Of a DNA stretch of 64,000 bases, positions 13,940-26,670 are shown piece after piece (positions within the stretch are counted from its first letter, which is position 1; every line of letters starts with the position of its first letter). This stretch comes from Eledone cirrhosa (lineage: Eukaryota): contig OZ024740.1 of NCBI GenBank assembly GCA_964016885.1, positions 141,732,001 to 141,796,000 on the forward strand, in the 5' to 3' direction. The position numbers and the translations under genes are program-made. The notes beneath the pieces were generated by a model. The model had not been told where the DNA came from. It was given only the letters and a program-made list of their open reading frames with translations, and did not search any database.

Positions 13940-16429
13940 ATGGCTGTTATAAGAGTTGGATGTTTAAATGTGCGCGGCCTGGGGATGTCCTGGAAGCAGG
14001 ACAAACTCTTAAATGACCTCAGCTCGCACAGAATGGATGTGATAGCTATTTGCGAGTCCAGGATCAGCAGCGATCACCAACTGGCCCCATCTTCGACGAC
14101 TTTGAGATCTATGCATCTCTCTGTCAGCCGGGGGGTGGGGGAAGGGTGGTCGTTCTGCTGCGAAAACACCTGGGCCTCGCAACACGGAAGGTACACCTGG
14201 ACCCGGAGGGTCGACTGGTGGTTCTAGACGTCGGCGGTAGTGCAGGTGGAGCCTTCCGGCTGGTGGCAGCGTATGCCCCATCTGGGACACCGCGACCGGA
14301 CTTCTTCCAACGCCTAGAGACTTTTCTGGGAACGTCTCGCTCCTTGCTTTTAGTGGGGGACTGGAATGGTATCCTGAATGCACGTTGGGACTATGTAGGG
14401 GCATGTCCCGATAGAAGGGGGTGTAACAGCCTCAAACGGTTAATCGGCCGATTTGATCTGGCCGATAGATATCGACTAGATTTTCCGACTGTGCCACTGT
14501 GGATGTGGGCTAATCGCAGCGGAACATCTAGGTTGTACCTAGATAGGTTCCTAGTTAGAAATAAGGATAGGGAATATTAAGCTGTCCACGAATGTTCATG
14601 GTTGTCTATTCGGATCACAAGTTGGTGACCGGAGTGGTCAACCTTGATAGAACCCATAGACAAGGACTCGGTTACTGGAAGCTAAACCTGTCCTTACCGA
14701 CAAACAAAGCTTACAGTAAGCGGATTAGCACTCTAGTTAAGCAGCGGTTGACGGGGGGCAATTGTCAACAACAGGTGGTGGGAGGCTCTCAAGAGAGAAA
14801 TTAGAATAGAATCGATAGGTTTTAGTCAAGAATTAGCATCAGCTAGGAATAGAACTGAAAGGGAATTGATAGATAGAGTAGAAGAGGCGATTAGGAGTGG
14901 CAACGTGGCCGGCGTGCTGGCGTCAAGAACGGCCCTAGACCAGTTCTTTGATGCGAAGCACGAGGGCTGCGTTGTCAGGAGTAAAATACGTGCTCTGGGT
15001 AACGAGGGAGCCAAAGCTGTTAGCTGGGCCCGAGTGACAGAGGCAACAATTGGAAACAAGTCCACGATTCGGTCTTTGAAGGACCAGGATGGACGCGTTA
15101 TCCTTGAACCTGAGCGGATGTGCGCGGCCTTTCAACGGCGCTTTGCACGACTGTTCGGGAGGGGCGGCGGGCCGGGTGAGGCCATGGATTTCGGTCCATA
15201 CCTCGACGGTCTGCCGCGGCTCTCGGACGGAGAGGCGAAGTCCTGCGAAAGGCCGATTTCAGCCGCTGAAATAGGGGAAGCGCTGAGCCAATGCGGCAAA
15301 CGCAAATCTCCCGGTCTACCATACGAACTTTATGTAGCGATGCCGGACTTGTTCTCCGATCTCCTCGAGGCGGTCTACTGCAACTGGCAACAGAACATTT
15401 CTGTGACCAAGGGCGTAGTCACGCTGGTGAGGAAGGACGAGAACAAGGGGGATGACATAGATAACTTCAGGCCCATAACTCTGCTAAACACAGAGTTAAA
15501 GATTTTGGCCAAGGTGTTAGCGAAGAGGTTGGCGCTTGTCGTCGGGAACCTGGTGGGAGAAGCGCAGACATGCGCAATCCCGTCCAGGTTCATACACGAC
15601 AACCTCCACTTCATGCGATACATTGTAGAGAGGGTAGGGAACGAACCCGGCTTTGGGGTCCTGATCAACGTGGATCAATCTAAGGCGTTCGATAGGGTCG
15701 ACCATCAGTACCTGAATGCGGTGCTAGCGGTGGCAGGCTTTGGACCCGTTTTCAGGGGCTGGATTGCTGCAATGCACAGCAGCAACACCTGATCGAGGGT
15801 GAAAGTGAACGGCTACCTTTCGGAGCCGTTCTAAATCGCGCGACCCATCCGACAGGGATGCCCTCGCGCCTCCCTTCTGTATGTGCTGGCTTTCGAGCCA
15901 CTACTGCGGAAGTTGGAGCCGTTGCAGGGAATCCCCTTGGAACCGGGATTACGGAAAACGGTGTCGGCCTACGCCGATGACGTGACAGTAATGGTGCCGT
16001 GCGCCTCGGAAATCGGGCAGATCGGCACCTTACTGGAGGAATACGAAAGGTTTACAGGAGCCAAGCTGAACCGGGACAAGTCCGTCCGTTTGCAACTCGG
16101 AACGTGGAGAGGCAAACCGATGCCCTCCGACGGCGTCGTCGGACGCTGGACGGAGGGACCGGTGAAGCTGCTCGGGGGTCTGGTTCGGCCCGGACCTCCA
16201 AGTGGAGAAAAACTGGGACGAGGTAACGGGCAGGGTGTTTGTACTCGCCCAGAAGTGGGCCAAGTGCAAACTATCCCTGAAAGGTCCGGCGGAGGTGGCG
16301 AACACTTATATAGCATCCGTCATCTACTACCGCTTGACCTTGCTCTACCCCAGCAAGTTTTATGAAAGGTGGGTGAAAGTGGCGAGAATGGCCCGAATGA
16401 ATGAGCCTTCTCTCTATATCAGCCTGTAG
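13940..16429 (+). pseudogene. Tx1-like ORF2 (APE endonuclease and RT), frameshifted and deleted
   Basis: VGCLNVRGL, GDWN, YLDRFLV, SDHK, FRPITLLN, DQSKAFDRV, YADD; several stops and frameshifts. Confidence 0.92.
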
Positions 16430-16670
16430 GTGAGAGAGGAGAGGAAGGAGGAGAGGAAGGGAGCACACGCTCTTTGTGATCCTGAGGAGGAGGGTTGCAC
16501 ATTTGTTTCGGGAGTGTGTGCGACCCATGTCAACGCCGCCTCCCTATTGAGGACTTCGATTGTTGAATTTGATTTGTTATATGTTTTTACACGGCCCTTG
16601 AAATGTATGTAAACTCCCCCTCGTGTATTTGTCCCAATCTTTGATGCCCTGGTGGTAAATAAATAGAAAG

Positions 16671-16705
<35 letters not shown>

Positions 16706-16906
16706 GATAGAGTAAGACACGCTTCGCATCGGCTCCGCTATTCCATCGGGATTTACCCTTACTATTGTAAGTACCGGATAAATTTTTTAGTGCAACACAT
16801 TTGGAACACTAACCCCTGTTATTTAGGGAAACATTTTTGCATTTACCCCCTTTTTAGGGGGTAAAATAAATATCTATTTTTGCCGAAAAATTTCTTTCTT
16901 GGCAGC

Positions 16907-18743
16907 ATGGCGGAAAAGATGGCAGACATGTCTGCCATTAGCTCTGCCACGCCCCCCAAGTCTGAAGAACAAAAAATAATTACAACAAAATAAGACATTG
17001 AAACAAACAAACAAAATGAAAAAACAAATGTTAAGGAAAATGAGCAAACAGAAAACAAACAAACAGAAAATAATACAAATAACGACAGGGCAACTTTCGC
17101 CCAGAAAACAAAGCAATCCATTACATACACACCAATTGACCTAACTGCCGCCAGAGAAAAACTGGCCGAAGCAAAGAAACATATTGTTTTGGGGGAGAAC
17201 GGAATGTTTTCCATTAACTCCCCCCCAGAATTCAAGAAAGCCAGAGCAGAAAACACAGTTATATACAGAACTATACTGAACCAGACAAGAAAGCCAGCAC
17301 AGCCCAGCCAAATGGAAATAGAGTTAGTCCTAAAAGACTATATGAAGAATATTCTCTTCATACGAAAGGACCGACTCTATGGCAGCATTTCGGTCCTAAC
17401 AAGAGACAAAGAAACGGCGGAGAAGCTTTCCCTAAGCCCACTCTCGTCGACAACATATAGCTTCTATCCCTCCTACATGGGTAGAAGAACACAGAGAGTA
17501 AAAGTAAAAACAATGCTGCCCACAATGGACTTCTGGTGGGCTATTGCTGGCTTCATTGATATGGGCGAAGACACTATGCTGTCAATGGGGAAGGCAACTG
17601 GAGATGCGTTCCTGGGAATGGGCCTCGACATACTAGTCCAAATGAGGCCCGAAAGAATAGCACAAATCCCGGATCGCATCTGGCTGGATGACCTTACCCC
17701 AATAGACATAATTGTAGAGGGGAGAAGACCAGCATGCTATTTATGCATGGAAAGGGGACACGTTAAGGCTAACTGCCCGAAACGTATCCCCCAAAAAGGA
17801 CTATTGCCCACACCCACCACAAACAGTACACCAGCACCACCCACCTCCAAAAATACACTAATACCACACACAGCAAACAAAATACAGACACCACCAACCA
17901 CAAACACAACACAAACATCACCACCACCAGCACCAAACACAAGCACGACACAAAAATCACCACCACCAACCACAACACAAACATCACCACCACCATCACC
18001 AACCACAAGCACGACACAAACATTACCACCACCACCACCACAAAACCCATTCCAAACAAATAATAAAAAAAACAGTAACAAATCTACCCCTCCCGCAAAA
18101 AAAAAAACAACCACACAACACGTCCCTCCCACCTAGCGCTGAAGAGTTTCCCCCAACTTCTGAAGAAGAAGGAGGAGAAGCCTTCAGACAAGTTAAAAGA
18201 AAAAAAAGAAAACACACACCCAGCACACCACAAATAACCCACACACAAACACCAACTCCAATCAAAAACACTCCACCCTCAACAAACAAAAATAAATCTG
18301 CGCCTCCCCTCTCCGAAACATTGACAGCATCACAAAAAAAGACGTTGCAATACACATATATAAATAAAGAAAACAAAAAACTGGTTAAATTAATAAACAA
18401 TAACCCTATGGTGCAGACCGAAGGGCCAAACTTTATCTCAACAGAGAACTTCACCCATTTAAAAATGATAAAGGTCCCTCTGGACCTTTATCGTTCCTTA
18501 AAAGAACAATTTAGACGGGACGTGAGCCCCCCCTGTTTAAAACCGTTGAATCGCGTCCTCTTGAAAGATTTCCCCATAACCGCCCCTCTCCCTGACACAA
18601 CTCCAAATACCCCAACCCCACCACACACGTGTACCCCCACACCACCACAAAACATCCCTCCACCCAACACACCTGATGCCATGGAAATTACGCAACCCGG
18701 AGAGGTAAGTGCTTTTCTTTCTTCACTTTCAACACCAAAATAG
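16907..18743 (+). pseudogene. Tx1-like ORF1 of T2
   Basis: ATG 16907, in-frame TAA at 16991, CYLCMERGHVKANC knuckle, probable frameshift at the poly-A near 18097-18107. Confidence 0.82.
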
Positions 18744-18748
18744 ATCAA

Positions 18749-21700
18749 TTGAGAGTTGGCTGTTTGAACGCGCGTGGCCTGAGCTCAGCTTGGAAGCAAG
18801 CAAAGCTTCTAAGTGACCTCAGGTCACAAAGTATAGATGTGATGGTTGTTTGCGAGAGTCGGATCAGCAGCGTGAGACAGCTGGCGCCCGCCTTCGATGA
18901 CTTTGAGATGCACGCATCTCTCTGTCAACCCGGAGGCGGGGGGGGGGGGAGTTGCCGTACTGCTGGATAAACGTCTGACTCTCGACGTACAGATTGTTCA
19001 CTCGGACCCGGGGGGTCGATTACTGGTGCTGGACGTCGGAGGTGGTGAAGGCGGGGCTTTCAGACTGGTCGGTCTTTATGCTCCCTTCGGGGCGGAGAGA
19101 GCCGACTTCTTCCAACGTCTGGAGACTTTTCTAGGAACGTCGCGTTCCCTGCTTTTAGTGGGGGACTGGAATGGAATCCTAGATGCGCGTTGGGACTATG
19201 CAGGGGCATGTCCCGATAGAGGGGGGTGTAGCAGCCTCAAGGGGTTACTCGATCGATTCGACCTGGTCGATAGATTTCGACTAGATTGTCCAACTGCGCC
19301 AACCTGGACCTGGGCAAACCGCAGTGGACAATCTAGATCGTACCTAGATAGGTTTTTGGTTAGGAGTAAGGATAGGGACGTATTTAGTTGTCCAGAACTG
19401 ATCATGGTTGGCTATTCAGATCACAAATTAGTGACCTGCGTGGTCAACCTTGATAGAACGCATAGACAGGGTCCCGGTTACTGGAAGATGAACTTGTCTT
19501 TACCGACAAAGAAAGATTACAGAAACCGGATTAGTAGCTTAGTTAAGATGCGGTTGACGGGAGCGATCGTCAACAGTAGGTGGTGGATATCTCTAAAGAG
19601 AGAGATTAGAGTAAGTTCGATAGGTTACAGTAAGGAACTAGCGGCGAATAGAAATAGGAGGGAAAGGGAGTTAACAGATAAACTAGAAGAGGCGATTAGG
19701 AGCGGAGACGTAGCCAGAGTGTTAGCGACGAGAACGGCATTGAGCCAGTTCTTTGACGCGAAGCACGAAGGCTGCGTTGTCCGAAGTAAAATACGTGCTT
19801 TAGGAAACGAGGGGACCAAAGCTGTTAGCTGGGCCCGCGTGACAGAAGCCAAGAGTGGGATTAAATCCACCATTCGGTCTTTGCGAGACCAGGATGGACG
19901 GGTGATCCTTGAACCTGAGCGAATGTGCGAGACCTTTCAAAGGCACTTTGCTCGACTGTTCGGAGGTGGCGGGGGGCCGGACGGGGATGTGGACTTCGGT
20001 CCATACCTCGACGGTCTACCGCGTCTTTCGAGCGGCGAAGCGGAGTGCTGCGAAGGGCCAATCACAGCCACTGAAATCGGGGAAGCGCTCAGCCAATGCA
20101 GCAGACGCAAATCCCCGGGTCTCGATGGTCTACCATACGAACTTTATTTAGCTATGCCGGTCTTGTTCTCCGAACTCCTCGAGGCTGTCTATTGCAACTG
20201 GCAACAGAACGGGAGAATTCCCTGTTCTGTGACCAAGGGCGTGGTCACGCTAGTGAGGAAGGACGAGAGCAAGGGGGACGACTTAAGTAACTTTAGGCCC
20301 ATAACTCTGCTGAATGCAGAGTTACAGATTTTGGCCAAGGTGTTGGCGAAGAGGTTGGCGCTTGTGGTGGGTGGTTTGGTGGGAGACGCGCAGACATGCG
20401 CTATCCCGTCCAGGTCCATTCACGACAACCTCCACCTCATGCGATACATCATAGAGAGGGTTGGCTACGAACCCGGCTTTGGTGGGGCCCTGATCAACTT
20501 GGATCAATCTAAGGCGTTCGATAGGGTCGACCATGGTTACCTGGATGCGGTGCTAGCGGCGGCGGGCTTCGGACCCGTTTTCAGGGGCTGGATTTCTGCC
20601 ATGCACAGTGGAAACATCTACTCTAGGATTAAAGTAAACGGCTACCTCTCGGAGCCGTTTCAAATCACCCGATCCATCAGACAGGGGTGCCCCCTCTCCT
20701 CCCTTCTGTACGTATTGACTCTCGAGCCACTGCTGCGGAAGTTGGAGTTGCTGCGGGGCATACCCCTGGAACCGGGATTGCACAAAGCGGTCTCGGCCTA
20801 TGCCGACGACGTAACAGTAATGGTGGCGGACGCCTCGGAAATCGGGGCGATCGCCACCCTACTGAAGGAATACGAAAGGCTGACGGGGGCTAAGCTGAAC
20901 CAGGACAAGTCAGTCGGTTTGCAACTCGGAACGTGGAGGGGCAAACCGATGCCGTTAGACGGTGTCGTCGGGCGGTGGACGGAGGGCCCGGTGAAGCTGC
21001 TCGGGGTCTGGTTCGGACCGGACCTCCAGGTGGAGAAGAATTGGGGCGAGGTGACGAGCAGGGTGTTTGCGCTGACCCAGAAGTGGGCCAAGTGCAAACT
21101 ATCACTGAAAGGTCGGGCGGAGGTGACGAACGCTTACATAGCGTCCGTCATCTACTACCGCCTGACCGTCGTGCCTTGCCCCAAGGAAAAGCTCACCATC
21201 ATGGAACGCATGCTCTTCCAGTTCCTCTGGAAGAAGCGGCCTCCCATGGTGAGGAGATCCATCTGCTGCCAGCACCCTTCGAAAGGAGGGCTGGGTATGC
21301 CGTGGCTGTTGATGCGTAGGCACGCATTGAGGCTACGGCATCTACAGGTATTCCTCAACGGTCAGCCGGTGTGGGCCCCGTTTGTGAGGCGAGCCTTCCC
21401 ACAGCTCGTCTCGCTCACCGAACTGCAATCCTGGGTGAAGCAAAGACCGAGAAAACTGGGCAACTGGCACACTGAGTGTGCCCAGGCGCTCACGGCTATC
21501 TGGCAAGCGGACCCGACTGTCAGTGGAGAATCCACCTCGACATTCTATAGAGAGTTGGTGGCTAGCAGGGGCGACGACACCCTTGGAGAGTCGCTAAGCA
21601 TGGAGGAGGACGAACTGGCCAGCCTGTTCGGTAGAACTTTCGGCCCGGGACCCATGGACAACTTCCAGAGGTCCCTAGCCTGGCAGTGTTACCGGGGGGC

Positions 21701-22181
21701 TCTGCCCGTTCGAGAAAAGCTCTACAGACACGGGCGCCCGGGCAGGGATCCCGCGAAAAAGATCTGTCCCAGATGCGTGCGCGACGAGGAAACCGTTGCG
21801 CATGCACTGGTACACTGCCCGGGCGTTGCCGATCTGTGGGGCTACGTCGAACGACTGCTGTCGCGTGTGGCGCCGATTCGATTAACCGCCGAGTCTGTGG
21901 TGAACATCAAGCCGCCTCCTCCCTTCAGAAATGAAGCAGAGGCGGTCTTTCTGTGCGTAATAGCCATGATGAAAGAGGTTGTGTGGTGGACGCGCCTGAA
22001 AGGTCTGAGGTCGGGTGACTTTCTCTCCGGCCATAACCTGGTTTACTTCTTCCGATACCACTTCGGAAGAAGAATCAGGATGGAGAGAGAAGTGCTTGGT
22101 CCCAGACAGTTTTATGAAAGGTGGGTGAAAGAAGCGAGAATGGCCCGTGTAAATGGGCCTTCTCTCTACATTGTTCTGTAG
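18749..22181 (+). CDS. Tx1-like ORF2 polyprotein (APE endonuclease, RT, C-terminal zinc finger); one frameshift in the poly-G at ~18938-18949
   Basis: RVGCLNARGL..VCE in one frame, then an open frame to 22181 with GDWN, YLDRFL, SDH, FRPITLLN, LDQSKAFDRV, QGCPLS, YADD, CPRC..EETVAHALVHC. Confidence 0.93.
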
Positions 22182-22441
22182 GTGAAGAAGTGAAGAGGAA
22201 AGGGGGAGCGCCTCCTCTCTGGGCTTCCCCCGCGAAAAGAGTTGCACACTTTTCGGGGGTATGTGCAATCCCCAACACGCCCCCTCCCTTTTGAGGACTT
22301 TTTATTGTTATATTATTATTGTTATTCCTTTTTTCTTTACTCGATTTATGTAAACTCCCCCACTGTGTAAATGTCCCCTTCTTTTGTGCCCTCGTGGCAA
22401 ATAAATAGAAATTTATCTATCTATCTATCTATCTATCTATC

Positions 22442-22837
22442 TTCCGGCCAACAACTGATTCTTTTTTTCAAATACCACTTTGGAAGAAGAATCAGGATGG
22501 AGAGAGAGGTGCTGTACCCCAGCAAGTTTTATGAAAGGTGGGTGAAAGTGGCGAGAATGGCCCGGGTGAATGGGCCTTCTCTCTATATCAGCCTGTAGGT
22601 TGAGGAAAAGGAGGAGGAGAGGAAAGGAGTACAAGCTCTTCGTACTCCTGGAGATGAGGGTTGCACATTTTTTTCGGGGGTCTGTGTTACCCATATAAAC
22701 TGTCTCCCTCTATTGGGGAAAATCGACTAACTTTTAAATTCCATCTGTGATAACATTTTACACGTTTTTATTGTATGTAAACTTCCCCCTTTGTATTTGT
22801 CCCCTTCTTTTGTGCCCCTGTGGCTAATAAAGAAATA

Positions 22838-22838
<1 letters not shown>
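22442..22838 (+). mobile_element. Tx1-like 3' fragment T3
   Basis: ORF2 C-terminus and 3' UTR nearly identical to 38628-39022; (ATCT)n flanks. Confidence 0.9.
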
Positions 22839-22889
<51 letters not shown>

Positions 22890-24588
22890 GTTGATAGTGG
22901 ACATCTTTGACATAGGCTCTTCGATTTGTTATCTCTGAGTGTGTTATTTGAATTTTGTTATTATTGTTGATTCTAACCCCTCGTCTGGGACTTTTGGGGT
23001 GAAAAATCTTTAATTTAAAATGTTTGTTGATATCGTTAAAAACGATGAAGCCATATTGCAAGCCCACCAAAAAAAGCGAGAAAGAGGGAACAACAATTCA
23101 AACTGTTGAACTACTCCCTCCTCTCGAATGAAAAAAAACACACTGAAAATGTCTGTTAATTTGAGTGAAAACACAAATTTAGAAAAAGATAACATGGAAA
23201 ACAATACCACAACAAATGGAATTAATAAAACCAACAACATTGCAACAACAAACAACAATGAACGAAACGAAAACAACAAAAACAGCAGCATTTATTTTGC
23301 CCAAACAGTAAAAAAACGATAGAATACAAACCCATAGACATTACTAACGCTAAGCAAAACTTATTTAATGCCAGAAAATACGTATCTTTTGGGGAGGATG
23401 GTTCTTTTATGATAAACTCCCCAGAAGAAGTACGTCAACAGGCATATAGGAATACTATAACTTTCAGGACTATATCCAACGCAATAAGAAAACCAACTCA
23501 ATTGACAGAAAGTCAAATTGAGCTGGTTCTGAAAGACATTATAAAGGACATACTCTTTATTGAAAGAGGAAAGATTTATGCCAGCATTATGCTCAGAATG
23601 AAGGACCAAATGCTGGCTCGAAAATGCTCGGTGGCACCTATAGTCTCACCACAATACACCTTCTTCCCCACATATATGGGAAGAAGAACGCAAAGATTAA
23701 GAATGTGGAGCTGAACACCAGAAGTAAACATCTGGTCGGTCCTGACAGGATTCACGGACCTAGAAAAGGACATTCTAGTATCAGCAGGTGAGTCCACCAG
23801 TGGACTGTTCGGAGGAAAAAGTCTGGAGGTTCTCATACAGATGACACCAGAGAGAATCGCAGGAATACCCGACCGAGTACTACTGGATGATCGAACTTTC
23901 ATTAATATTACGGTGGAAGGCAGGAGGGCCTCATGTTACCACTGCGCTGGCAGAGGTCACCTGAGGACTGCCTGCCCTCTACTAACAACAGCAAAAAACA
24001 CTGCTACAAACACCACAACAACAACGAAAACAACCAACACCACACAACAACGAAAACAACCAACACCACCACCACAAAAACAACAAAAGGTTACCCACCC
24101 CCTCCTTAGACACCCACACAACTCCAAATACCCCAACCCTGGCAGGTGGCCCCGGGTATCAGTGGAGACTCCACCTCGACATTCTATAGAGGGCTGGTGC
24201 GCAGCAGGTGCGACGACGCCCTCGGAGAAGCCCTAGGCATGGAGGAAGACGAACTGGCCAGCCTATTCGGTAGGACATTTAGCGCGGGACCTATGGACAA
24301 CTTCCAGAGGTCCCTGGCTTGGCAGTGCTACCGAGGTGCTCTGCCCGTTCGAGAAAAGCTCTACAGACACGGGCGCCCGGGTAGGGACCCCTCGAAAAAG
24401 ATCTGTCCCAGGTGCGTGGCGACGAGGAAACTTTTTCGGGGGTGTGTGCGACCCCCAACAACGCCTCCTCCCTATTGAGGACTTTATTGTCAATTTTATA
24501 TTTGTTATTTGTTTTTTACTCGTTCTTTTGTGTACCCCCCCCTGTATTTGTCCCCTTCTTTTGTGCCCTCGTGGCAATAAATAGAAAT

Positions 24589-24590
<2 letters not shown>
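22890..24590 (+). mobile_element. Tx1-like copy T4 with large internal deletions
   Basis: ORF1 remnant (CYHCAGRGHLRTAC) joined at ~24139 to the ORF2 C-terminal part, second jump at ~24431 into the 3' UTR; (ATCT)n flanks. Confidence 0.88.
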
Positions 24591-24676
<86 letters not shown>

Positions 24677-26284
24677 TTGCCTCTCTGTTACTCCGTCTGC
24701 CTATCCCTTCATTTATCAGTATGTCTGTTTATTTGTTTAATTATGTCTTTCTCGCCACCCTCTTTCTCTCTCTCTCTATATATATTACATATTTATGTAA
24801 CTATCTATATCTAATTGCTACCAACTGTAAAATAATGTTTTCTTAATTCTACTATGCGATGAGATGATGTGATAGCCACAGCAATCTGAAATATACTGAG
24901 AAATACATTAAGAACAAATAGGGATGAGTATATTGAGACATATGGCTCAAAAGAATACTGGGGAAACCTGAAAATAAAAATAGTCACACAGATGGATAAA
25001 TGTCGTGGCCTTATGATTGCGGGGGCTAGTCCTTAACTGCCCAGTTATATCTGAAAATTTATAGCTCACATCTATGCAGGTTTAGCTAACCTCTTGTGGG
25101 GTTGCATCTCATAGGAGGTTTCTGGAGTGTTTTCATGATAGGTAACCCAAGTCTTATAATGAAAAGCAACCCAAAATGATGTCTTTCTCAAGAACATAAC
25201 GCCTCATCCAGTCCAGGAAACGAATTCCCGACTTTATGATCATGCATAGAACCATTAGGTTAGACACCTTCACTGTTTTGGTGGTTGATAAATAAAGTAC
25301 CAATCTAAAGAAGTGGATTGGTAGAATTGATGGAGAGTCGGGATGAAGTAAGTTTCTTGTATTTGTTGAGTTTTCGTTTTCAGCTTCCGCTTTCTGCCAC
25401 TAGAAAATGCGGCATAGTAGGACCTCTGTCATGGAAACACCCCAAAACACAACATACCACTATGTCCAGGAATCAAACCCACGGTCTTATGATCCTAAAT
25501 CTCACACTCTAAGCAGTAGGCCACGCATCGTGATAGGTAACCCACGCATCTTAACGAAACTATAAAATTTATAACAGACTCTAAGAAAAATAAACATTAA
25601 AAAACAAAACAAACAACCAATTCTCCAAAGGTGAGGAGACTCCAATGGTCACTTGTGGAGAAACCCTACAAAAAGCCACGGTCACCGTGTCCGCTAGAGC
25701 AAAATTCCCTCTCCCAGTTGTTCTCCTCCAATCTACAAGCGTATGATCAATGCCGGCCCACGGACTATGCCCACCACTCTCACCCACCTTTCAACAAACT
25801 AGTTCGAAGACAGCACTTTCCTCTCCACCCTGCCTGTCCTTCTTTTCGAAAGGAAGATGGTGGGGAGATTTTCACAATGCAACAGCAGGTTCTCGATATA
25901 AACCCACAGGTCTACATTACTCGGACACTCGAAAAGTGCGTGCGTGCAGCACGGTTTCGTCGTCCTCCGTGCATATCGGACAGGCCCGACTGACGGTACG
26001 TCCATGCCTGTAGAGTTTATCTCTAACTGTCAAATCTCCTCGATAGCACTGCCAGGCCAGGGATTTCTGGAAATTCTCCATGGGCCCTGATCCGAAAGTC
26101 CTCTGGAAAAATGTGGCTAGTTGATTTTCATTAACGCCCAGAGTCTCTCCAAAGACGTCATCGCTCTTACCCTCCACTAGCCCTTTACAGAACGCTGAGC
26201 TAGTGATTCCCCCGATCGTACTGCTTGATTGGCTGAGGCCTGTGAGTGCTTGAAGACATTCCAGTCTCCAAATAATAATAATAA

Positions 26285-26467
26285 TAATTGTTTCTACTTT
26301 TGGCACAAGGCCAGCAATTACCCAGTACATCACTGGTACTTTATTTTATCGACCCCGTACGAATGAAAGGCAAAGTTGACCTCGGCGGGATTTGAACTCA
26401 AGGGCCGTAACTCAATGCGTCAAAGCATGGCGTCCGACCCTCTACCGATACTGCCAATCCATCGCCC
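26285..26467 (-). mobile_element. tRNA-headed SINE, full length, (ATT)n tail
   Basis: Minus strand GGCGATGGATTGGCAGTATCGGTAGAG (A box), GAGTTCAAATCCC (B box), GCCTTTCAT..GGGGTCGATAAAATAAAGTACCAG body. Confidence 0.85.
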
Positions 26468-26489
26468 TTATGAAAATAATAATAATAAT

Positions 26490-26670
26490 AATTGTTTCTA
26501 CTTTTGACACAAAACCAGCAGTTATCCAAGTGCATTACAGGTATTTTATTTTATCGACCTCGTAAGGATGAAAGGCAAAGTTAACTTCGGTGGGATTTGA
26601 ACTCAGATCATAAAGGGCCGTAACTCTATGATGCAAATCATGGCAGCCGACCTTCTACCGATACTACCAG
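26490..26670 (-). mobile_element. tRNA-headed SINE, second tandem copy
   Basis: Same family as 26285-26467. Confidence 0.82.

Larger units (their letters stand above)
11873..16672 (+). mobile_element. Tx1-like non-LTR retrotransposon copy T1 (degraded, internal deletion near 16340)
   Basis: ORF1 with CCHC knuckle, ORF2 EN and RT, 3' UTR, (ATCT)n on both sides. Confidence 0.9.
16704..22413 (+). mobile_element. Full-length Tx1-like non-LTR retrotransposon copy T2 (~5.7 kb)
   Basis: 5' UTR, ORF1, ORF2 and 3' UTR ending AATAAATAGAAATTT, embedded in (ATCT)n. Confidence 0.95.

Noticed and set aside
12162-22278. Antisense ORFs over the Tx1-like elements
   Set aside because: Shadow frames of GC-rich or repeat-rich coding sequence.
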